Shown here: positions 54,345 through 64,000 of the stretch, in pieces | How the letters are laid out: each line of letters opens with the position of its first letter | Position numbering within the stretch: position 1 is the stretch's first letter | Source of the DNA: Azolla caroliniana | Taxonomy: Eukaryota; Plantae; Polypodiophyta | Length of the DNA: 64,000 bases | Assembly (NCBI GenBank): GCA_043228905.1 | Contig: JBHGNT010000018.1 | Span: 17,298,001 to 17,362,000, forward strand | Direction of reading: 5' to 3' | The notes under the pieces: generated by a model | What the model was told of the DNA's origin: nothing | Seen by the model: only the letters and a program-made list of their open reading frames with translations | Database searches by the model: none | Translations under genes and position numbers: made by a program

Positions 54345-55470
54345 CAAAGACCGACTCAGGCACAAGAGAGTGTGAGTCGACGCTCTATTGTCAGTTAGCC
54401 AGAAGCGTCATCTACCTCACAATTACCCGACCCGACCTGAGTTACCTTGTTGGCCTCCTTAGCCGGTTCATGCAAACTCCGTGAGACATTCATCTTGACT
54501 GTGTTAAGCGAGTGGTAAGGTATGTGAATGGAACCATGGAGTTCGGCCTCCGCTACAAATCAGACACACCAATACGACTCGAAGGGTACACAGATGCCGA
54601 ATGGGCCAGCTACAAAGCCGACAGACGATCAACCTCAGGGTTCGTCTTCTCCCTCGAGATTGGAGCCATCTCCTAGAGCAGCAAAAAGCAACTGACAATC
54701 GCATTGTTGAGCACCGAAGCCGAATAGAGGGGCGCCGTCATCGCTGCATGTGAAGCCGTTTGGCTCAAGATAATCTTGAAGGATCTGGGTGTTCCCATCA
54801 AGGATCCAATTCTCCTCTTTTGCGACAACATGAGTAGTATTCACCTCGTTCAGAACCCAGTCCTCCATGCTCAGACTAAGCACATTGAGGTGCACTGCCA
54901 TTTCATCCGAGAACGTGTCTTGACTGGAGATGTCGACCTGCAACACATCAACACAAATCTGCAGACGACCGACATCTTCACCAAGGCCTTGGGAGTTGAC
55001 AAGCTATGACAGTTCACGACGAACCTAGGTCTTTCGATACCAATTGAGCTTGATGGGGAGTAAGGAGTAATAGGAGAGAACCATCCATTCGAAGCCGAAG
55101 ACGGAGTCAACTCAAAGCCGACCCGAAGACCAATCCAAACCAACCATCCGACAATACAATGACTAGAAGTTGTGTTTGAAGGGGCATGTTGAGAATCAAA
55201 CTCAACTTTCCGTGTGTGGGGACACACTCTAGGATATTCAAGTGTGTGAGCACCCCACCTCCTTGTATAGTAACTAGTCTGTCATAGAAGTTAATATCCT
55301 ATGACACATATTCTTTGTAGTAGTTAAGACTCGACCTCTTTCCCAAGAGGTGCCTCTAGTGAGAGAACCTAGAGAGAAGGTGACTACATAAGCACCTTCT
55401 CCTGCTCTTTTGTAACGTTGGTCATTCTTGTTTCCTTGTAATACAATTTTCTATTTTTTTGTAATCTCGA

Positions 55471-55512
<42 letters not shown>

Positions 55513-55571
55513 TACACACACATAGTTCTTCCGATGCATAGAATCTATCCGATTCTTTACATGCTTCAACA
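54345..55571 (+). mobile_element. 3' fragment of a Copia (Ale-like): RT end/RNase H, PPT, 3' LTR 55187-55571
   Basis: TRPDLSY, GYTDAEW...DRRSTSG, CDNMSSI...TKHIEVH...DIFTKAL; TGAAGGGGCA then TGTTGA...TCAACA. Confidence 0.88.
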
Positions 55572-56799
55572 TGCAATCTAACAAATTTGCTTCGACCCCA
55601 CTCCCCATTAGCCTTCGGTTGTTTCAGTGAGACTATCCGACATCCGATTCGGGGGGGAATTATGAAATTGATATTGTATGCGTTGACAATTGGCTCCTTG
55701 ATGTTCACGATGGTCACAACACGGCTGGACATAGCTCATGTTGTAGGAGTCGTCAACATATTTACGATAACCCTGGCCGACCGCATTGGAACGCAGTCAA
55801 GCATGTATTCAGAGACTCGGTAGGCATAATCGGCTACACGGACTCAGACTTTGCCAGCTATTTGGACAACCGAAAGTCAACAACCAATTACTTCTTCCAA
55901 TTTGGCACTAGAGCAATATCGTGGAAGTTGAAAGTTTAGGAGTGCACAACCACCTTGACGACCGAGGCCGAACAGACAACCAAAAGTCAACTAACAATTA
56001 CTTCTTCTGATTCGACATTGGAGCAATATCATAGAAGTCGAAACTTCAGGAACATAATGGCCCCATTGCATGTAACAAAGAAACCATCCTCCCTAAGGCG
56101 TCCCATCTCTCATAATGTGTTTTACGTTGTTGAGAGCCAGATTGATATGAGGTGTATAATACATAGTTGAAACGACGTTGATAATGATCTAAATGACTAA
56201 ACGAAGACCGACTAAAAAACTAAACCCCCACGGATTGCTAGTTAAGTATAGAAAATAAAGCCTATTTAAGAATTGGACGTCAACTGGCCATCATAGTAAT
56301 AGTAGTATTCTGTTCATTATGTATTTTTCCTTCTGCCTTCGGCCCCAAAACTAGCCGATTCAGCTTTTGTTCGGCCTTTGCCGATTTGTTCAAACATCTC
56401 TTTGTATCAACTTGTATTTTGCCTATTCTTTTTATTACAGATTTTTGTTGTATGCGCCCATTACGGGGGAGTGTTGAATACATGTGCATAATGGCCGTAT
56501 TCACACTATCTCACTTGGATAGACTAGGTTTAGGACACATTTGTAATAAGACTAAAGAGTAGTTTCCCTAGCTCAATTACTATATAACTGAACTTTGTAA
56601 CCTAGTTCATGATCATGTGAGTGTCTTCATTTTGTTGTAACTTTAAGAATAATACAATTACATTGTGTGCTTTTTTGAGTCTCTTTCTCTCTCACTCTGT
56701 TCTTCAGTTCGTGATCTTGACCTTCGTTGTTAAGTTGTTTCTTTCTTGCTTAATCTATTTATCTTGGTTTTGTCTCTGTAATCAACTTATTGATCTTCA
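55572..56799 (+). mobile_element. Second, older Copia 3' fragment with PPT and LTR 56472-56799
   Basis: IGSLMFTMVTTRLDIAHVVGVV, GYTDSDFA...RKST; ACGGGGGAG PPT then TGTTGAA...CTTCA. Confidence 0.75.
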
Positions 56800-57289
56800 T
56801 ACGGTGTCGTGGTGTGGCGTGTTTAGTGTGAGAAAGAGCGAGGTTCCACACACATCTCGTAAAGTCATGCATAAATGAAAATTAAAATAATAGATAATTT
56901 CTAGTAGCCTAGTGGTTAGGCCTAATAAGTCTATATAGAGAGGTGTAGAGTTCAAGTCTCTCTTGGTAAAAACCAAGGAGTATTTTGTTCCTCTTCCTTT
57001 GTTATGACAAAAGGAAATAAAACAAATGCATGTAAAGTTAATATAGGTGCCTCTGTCCTCTATAAGAGGGGAGGAATAGGGCTTATTATGGGGTCACCCA
57101 TTTTGGCTTAGGGGTGTACCACTAGGGTTTAGGGTTTAAATTGAAGTAGAACCCAATCTAACCATCCGCTTAAATTGAAGTTTAAGAAGTTGTTTACCTT
57201 CCCACCGTAACAACCTTGATGTCACCAAAACCTCCGCTTGTATGGAATTGGCACGTCACCCATCTTTTGGGGAATGCCATTGCACATCC

Positions 57290-58900
57290 TCCATTTGATT
57301 GACTTGTAGCACGAGTAAGAGTGTTGGGTAATTTAGAGAGTGATGATTGTTCTTTGTCCATTACCTTGTCTGGTCGTGTTGTTTTCTATCAACTTCTCCC
57401 TGTGTCTCTTGAATTCTAGCAAGAAAAGTCTTCAACATCATTGGTCCTCATATTCCATTAGCTTGCATAGTAGGCTAAAGCTTTGTTTAAAAGAGCCAAT
57501 GGTATCTCCTCCTTATTTCACCCTAAACCCTTCAAAATCTCTTGGTTGGGATCCCATTTGTGTAGGCTTTGGTTGACTTATAGCATGAGGAAGAGCGATG
57601 GGTAAAGAAAGTTATGATTGTTCTTTGTTCATTAGCTTGTGTGGTTGTGTTGTTTCCTATCAACTTCTCCCTGTGTCTCTTGAGTTCTAGCAAGAAAAGC
57701 CTCAAGCATCGTTGGTCCTCATATTCTATTACCTTGTGTAGTAGGGCAAAGGCTTGCTTAAAAGAGGCAATGGTATCGCCCCCTTATTTCATAAAAATAG
57801 GCACAATGATAAACACAATGTTCTTCAGATTCCACTCCTTGATGACACAAGTGGCAAACTCTTTCTTTTAGAGATATTTGTACAATATATCTACCTACCT
57901 CAATCTTTGATTATTGTGAAAGGTTTGCAGCTATGTTATCACACTAATCCTTCACTGCGTGTAAAAAGCTTGTCTTGTGGTGGACCATCTTCTTACGAAG
58001 CGATATTGTGGGCCAATTATTTTTTTTCCAACTTGGCAATGTCACTTCGAATCACTCTAGTCTTTCCACATTGTTCATGTTTAGATGGGGACAATCCAAG
58101 GTATATTGAGGTGGAGGCAATGCCTTTATGTTTATGCCATGTGACTCAAACTATTATTGGGTTTCAACATATCAACAATGAATATCTCCATGTGTGATCA
58201 AATTATATCATGGGCATTGATGCTTTGTTGCTATTCATGCAGGCAATTATTGAGACTAAAGGTCTCTCTAAATCTTTCTAGTCGTTTTCCGTGTTAAGAC
58301 TCTTTCCAAAGTTTCCACTCCATCAAGTGTATTGAATAGCCACAATTGAGTTTGTGGTTCTTGGAATTGTAAATGAGCACCAACGATTCCATATCCATGA
58401 GAGGGTTGAGCACAAGCAACCTTTCACAAGGAGAGTTCCGAACCTTTGAATGGTATTCCTTGGTACTTGTAGGATTGTGCGTATGCCACCTTTTCCTCTC
58501 CAAAGAAGAAGAATGGGGTTGATCTTGTTACTCATGCTTGTGTTGCATTAAATACCATCACTTTTGTTTTATTTAGATATCTTTATCCATACAAAATACT
58601 TTTAAGGCATTTAGATACCTTTGTAGTCTTTTCGGGGGTGTCAAGAACATAATATCCCCAACAGATATTTGTATGGATATATATGCTAGCCAGGCTCTTG
58701 GATTGCTCAATCTCTCTATGTAATGTGACACCTCATCTATATAAAGACCAAAGGGAGTAGGTAACAAAGGGTATCATTGTTTTACTCCAATTGTGCTACC
58801 CACATCCTCTGACCACCATGAGACCGCTCCGTTTCTAATACACAATCATGCAATGATAGATTCCCCATTGCATATTTATAAGGACTTTGAGGGCATCTAA
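57290..58900 (-). mobile_element. Highly degenerate RTEX-like LINE 3' part with a ~275-bp tandem duplication at its end
   Basis: Minus strand STIGVKQ*YPLLPTPFGLYIDE (~58730-58800) and CHLCHQGVESEEHCVYHC (~57800-57855), the same motifs as the element at 1-5190; duplicated units start at ~57298 and ~57573. Confidence 0.7.
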
Positions 58901-61455
58901 TTGTTGCATGAGCTGAGAGCATGTCACATTGTTGACGTTTTTTAGAAATCAACAATAAATCCCCTTACAATGTGCTTTGCCCTCCTCAATAAGTGCTCAA
59001 AGGGTCAATATGTCAACATCCATCAATGGTAGATGTTAGCCCCATATATCCACTAACCATACAATACTACATTATGGTCAACCTTAAATGCCCACGTGAT
59101 GTCGAATTTGTTTCCACTCAATTCAAGTCTCCGAAATCTTTAATCCATTTTGTTGAAATCACTCTTCAAAACTCACACCCAAATGACCTTATTGATAAAC
59201 ATGATTATGAGATTGTAATTTATTCACTCAAATAATATTGGTGCAAGCAATTGTTTTTGTATTTTATGCTCTTCAAGTTTTGGTTTGAAGGGCTTGGAAT
59301 ATAGGTTGCATTGTGTTGAGTATAAAATGCAAACCATTCTCCTTGGTACAAATTTATTCTACATGTCACGTGATCATAATGGACACATACTAACAAATGT
59401 TTCTTTGGAGCTACATCGTTCAAGAACATGTTGCATCAACTCAATGCCAAATGTCCTACTCCATAACTAGGAGTCATGCAGATACTTGGGGTATAAGTAG
59501 TTCCCAAGCATGATAGTCTTGTATTATAGTGATCTCTTGCTCTTGTATTCATCACTCGAGTACCTTGGTTATATGGACTACACACAAGAGCAGCAATCGG
59601 GGAATCTTTCCAAACAACCTACCACTAATCAACCACTCATTCTAGATATTGCATCATGATGTAATTTATTCAATAAATTCTCCTTTTCAAGAGTGCTTTC
59701 TGCCACGACCTTTGGCATAGCTGCATATTCCTTTCAGATACTTGGGCTTCACCAAGCAAAGAACATCTTAGGAAAATACTAAACTTATATTTCCAAAACC
59801 ATATCCATTATTTTCACTAAACTTGGATGCCAAGCCCAATGAGCAACTCTTCTTGGTTGTTTACTTCTTGTTGCTCGTATAATCATTCTCATTGGAGGTG
59901 CTGTAGGAAACAATAGGGAGGATCATGTACAAACAATAAAGAGGCAGGATTCTTTTCAGGAGCCCATCCATTCATGTCCATTGGCATGCTCAGCCCATTG
60001 AGATGGAGTATATGTTCATGTACAAAATATGCCCTACTTTAGACCAGGAGTCATGCTGGTGCTAATGACACATCTAGCTCTCACATACGATACTCCGGCA
60101 TTCTCTTCACCATTTCATCTTCCACACTCATGGAAGAACTCTTAGTAGATATCAATTGCTCGGATATCCTTCCATGATATTTGGGCATCATCAAAACAAG
60201 ACCATCTTATGGAAAACCTAAATTACCATTTCCAAAACCATATACATTTTGCATCTTACTACAATCACCACCTCTTCTTGCTGCCCATATAACCATTTTA
60301 TTTACAGTTATAATTAATTATTCTCAGTTGGAGCTGCTGCACAGGACCGATTCTATAGTTCTCGTTGGTGCTGCTCCAGTGGGATAGATTTGTTGGTTTA
60401 CCATAACATCCTCCTCTGTACGCACTTCCAGCCAGTCCAAATCTTCATCCTGCATCTTCTTCTCCTCATGTGGCACCACTTCTCTTCTTTCTCTGACAGG
60501 CTTCTTCTTGTGAGGTATTGGTGCATTGCAAAGATAATGATATCAGGCAAACTTTTCAGCCAAATCTAGGCACCACCTGTCTTGGTCCAGATGTTGAAAT
60601 AACAAGAATTACCATCAGCATTTCAAGCGTAGAGATGGAATGGTTAGACACAGTTAGCAAGCCCATCCATCCATGATCCCCATGTGTCTGAGTGGGATAC
60701 ATGGATTTGCTCAGCCAGTTTCCCTCAATTATATGATGGTGGTTGTGAAGTTCAAGGTACAACACGAGCAACTCTCGTTCTGTTCCCAAGAGCTGCTTGA
60801 TGGGAAACAATCACGGCTAGATGTTATAGCCAGATGCTATGACCGCGATGTAAGAGACATCTTTAACAATACAGGGCAATTCTACAATTCCATGGCACAG
60901 TAAAGAGGGCTACCATATTGTATATCAACAGTAAAGACATTACCCCTCCTTGCTTCCTGCAAACATTGGAAAATTCAAAGCTTAAAATGTATGTACATTT
61001 CAGTCTGTTGTTTCACCTGTGCGAAGTTTATACTGAACAAGGTTGTCAGGAGCAGGACCAAATAGAATGTGTTATGAATATATATTTAGCTGAAATACCT
61101 TCTTTAATAAATTAACAAAACCCCAACCCAGTTGATAATCAATTATGAAAAAAAAGATTAACAGAAGTAATGGATGAGATTAAGAAAGAAACAATTACAA
61201 GAAACATGAGGACCACATCATATCTTGTATATATTGACTGCAAACAACTAGGCAAGCAAGCATCGCAGCAGAAGACCGTAAAATAAATAATACTTCATAT
61301 AAGAAAAGAATTAATGACGGATAATTGTGAAACTAAGCAGGTCAAACCTTTAACTCTGTATAACATCAAACATTTAACGATATCAAACATCATTAGCAGA
61401 TCAACCCCTTTAGTGAGCAAACTTGGTAATTATATTAATGTAGTTGAGAAGATAG

Positions 61456-62339
61456 TTACCAAGTGAAAGCAGCAATGTTGTTATTGTTCAGGTTGCTGCA
61501 ACTCATATAGTAATCATGATACCAATCACTATCATTATTGTTAGGATTAGTATTGCTAGGGCTATAGGCAGCAGAACTACTACCTAGCCTTTCTGCTGCG
61601 ATGATGGAATTAAAAGATTCCATCCACAACATATCCTCATCATGATGATCTCTAATAAGAGGCATCTGATGATCAATCATGTTCTCAGCAGTACTACCAC
61701 CATTATTGACCTGCTTCGACTCCCACGATCTCCTCTTCCTCTTTGGCGATGACTTGGTTGGACTCTCAGACTTGCGGCAGCTGCTACACGGAATATATTT
61801 GTTGGTCTCCAGAACTTCGATGACATGTGGCATCGACCAGAAACGTTGCACCAGCGCATGAAGCCCTCCCCAGGCACCAGCCAGCACTTCCAATTCCTCT
61901 TGGTGAAGAGTAAACTCCAGCTTCTTCCTATTATTCACATTCTTCTCCTGCTTTTGCTGGTTCCATTCTTTCTCCGGAGAATGGGGTGGCGCAAAGCACA
62001 CCTTGCAGCTGAAGCGAGGCTGAACCAACCGAGTCTTCGTTCGGTTGTTAAAATATCGGAATTCTACGTGGACATTCGTCTTGCAATGAGGGCATAATGG
62101 TAATGTAGGAAGACCAATCTTGAAAAAGGCGTCCAAAACCTTGAATTGGGTAGTCGTCATTGGTGCGCTCAGCCTCTTCTTCAACCCGCCTTCGGCATTT
62201 ACCAGGATCGCAGCCAACTCTGCCTTCATCGCCTCAATCATGGTCGTACCATTTGTCTGCTGCTGCAGCTCTTCAAGTAGAAAATCATCTTGAGCATTAT
62301 TCATGGGAGCTTTTGTAGAACCAGCTGCAGCATTACGAT
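61456..62339 (-). CDS. Terminal coding exon of a non-canonical Dof-like zinc-finger protein
   Basis: CPHCKTNVHVEFRYFNNRTKTRLVQPRFSCKVC resembles Dof CPRCxSxxTKFCYYNNYxxxQPRxFCKxC; basic NLS PKRKRR; acceptor CTAACTTATATTAG ending at 62340. Confidence 0.7.
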
Positions 62340-64000
62340 CTAATATAAGTTAGAAGGTTATGGAGTCAATTTACCAATGCACTCCCTATTCACATTGTAG
62401 TTATGAGCAGAAGCTACTAATTCACCTGCTGATGTCGCTACTGCCTGAGGATATTCCGGACCCCTTTCCATTATTTCATGGTCTTCATCAAGTAGGAGCA
62501 GTAATTGCTGCTCCAGATCCTCTGCATATATATCCGAAAATGATGTGATGGGAGGCTCTGTAGAACCAACTGCAGCATCATGATCTATATAATAGTTAGA
62601 AGGTTATTTAGTCATTTGCACATATTGATTGACGTTGTACTTATGCGCAGAAGCTACTAATTAACCTGCTGATGTCCGAGGTAGAGGATATTCATAAGTC
62701 CAACCAATTCTTTCATGATCTTCATCATCAAGCCCTACCTCCTCTACATAATTGTCAGCAAATAGTCTCATGGGAGCCTCTGTAGAAGCAGCTGCAGTAC
62801 TCAATTTAGAAGGTTATGTACTCAATTTATCGATGCATTATATTGACATTGTAGTTATGAGCAAAGCTATTAATTCACCTGCTGATGTCGCTGGGGAAGG
62901 ATATTCAGGAATCCCTTCCATTATTTTTTGGTCTTCCTCAAGAAGGAGTAATAATTGCTCCTCCAGATCCTCTGCATACATATCTGAAATTGATTTGATA
63001 GGAGGCACTGTAGAACAAGCTGCAACTTCATGATTTATATAATAGTTAGAAAATGATTAAGTTATTTGCCCATATTGACTGAGATTGTACTTATGCCCAG
63101 AAACTACAAATTCACCTTCTGATGTCTGAGCTGGAGGATATTCAAAATTCCATTCAATTCTTTCATGATCCTCTACATAATTGTCAGCAAATGGTCTGAT
63201 GGGAGCCTCTATAGAACCAGCTGCAGCTTTACGATCTAATATAAGTTAGAAAGTTATGTACTCAATTTATCGATGCATTATATTGACATTGCAGTTATGA
63301 GCAGAAGCTATTAATTCACCTGCTGATGTCGCTGGGGAAGGATATTCAGGAATCCCTTCGATTATTTCTTGGTCTTCCTCAAGAAGGCGTAATAATTGCT
63401 CCTCCAGATCCTCTGCATACATATCTGAAATTGATTTGATAGGAGGCCCTGTAGAACCAGCTCCAGCTTCATAATCTATATACAAGTTAGAAAATGATTT
63501 AGTCATTTGCCCATATTGATTGGCATTGTACTTATGCGCAGAAGCTGCTAATCCACCTGCTGATGTTCGAACTGGAGGATATTCAAAACTCCATTTGATT
63601 CTTTTATGATCTTCATCAAGATCCCGCTCCTGTCCATAATTGTCGGAAAAGGGTCTCATGGGAGGCGCAGTAGAACCAGCTGCAACGTCATGATATAAGT
63701 TAGAAAATGATTTAGGTATTGGGTCTCTGCATATATTAACAGAATGGGAAAGCAGGGGTTTCCTAATTCACCTGCTGATCTCAGAGCTGGTGGATCTTCA
63801 CGACTGTCTTCAATTATGCAGACAGATGTGACGGGAGATTCTGTGGAACCCGCTGCAGCTGTATCATGCATAAACATTTCAGAAACATGTTTACTATTTT
63901 TATTCGCACACATTTATTGATATTGGAAGCTCCTAATGGACCTGCGGATGTCAGAGCTTGAGGTATCTCTTGATTTTCCTGATGTAGGAGCAGGAATTGC
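62340..64000 (-). repeat. Tandem array of duplicated exon+intron units (alternating ~156-159 and ~120-138-nt exons, 81-86-nt introns; ~445-bp higher-order period) upstream of the Dof-like exon
   Basis: Repeated donors GCAG/GT (one GAAG/GT) at 62425, 62665, 62878, 63115, 63319, 63556, 63771, 63941; CTAAC branch-point-like motifs; exons encode D..AAGST.PP....D.Y.ED...EYP....TSA. Confidence 0.8.

Noticed and set aside
57121-57140. TAGGGTTTAGGGTTT interstitial telomere
   Set aside because: Only two units; common telobox-like background

Overview
Eukaryotic plant nuclear DNA, most likely a flagellate-sperm land plant such as a fern. This is an inference from RTEX-like LINEs, self-priming Tcn1-type chromoviruses, a coiled-coil gene resembling a ciliated-eukaryote family, and plant-type threonine synthase, B3 and Dof-like genes. 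Left to right: a decayed RTEX-like LINE (-) head-to-head with a decayed full-length L1 (+, poly-A at 11040-11053); a frameshifted, truncated GDP-mannose 4,6-dehydratase pseudogene bracketed by a 26-bp inverted repeat; an 8-exon low-complexity/coiled-coil gene; three tandem perfect ERSE-I motifs; a 6-exon coiled-coil gene with a probable GC-AG intron; an intact intronless threonine synthase; a two-B3-domain gene; a three-level LTR nest (Copia inside a Gypsy LTR, inside another Copia) with both TSDs readable; further Copia and LINE debris; and a non-canonical Dof-like zinc-finger gene preceded by a tandem array of duplicated phase-1 exon/intron units. All coordinates were read by eye, and TE outer boundaries without TSDs are approximate.
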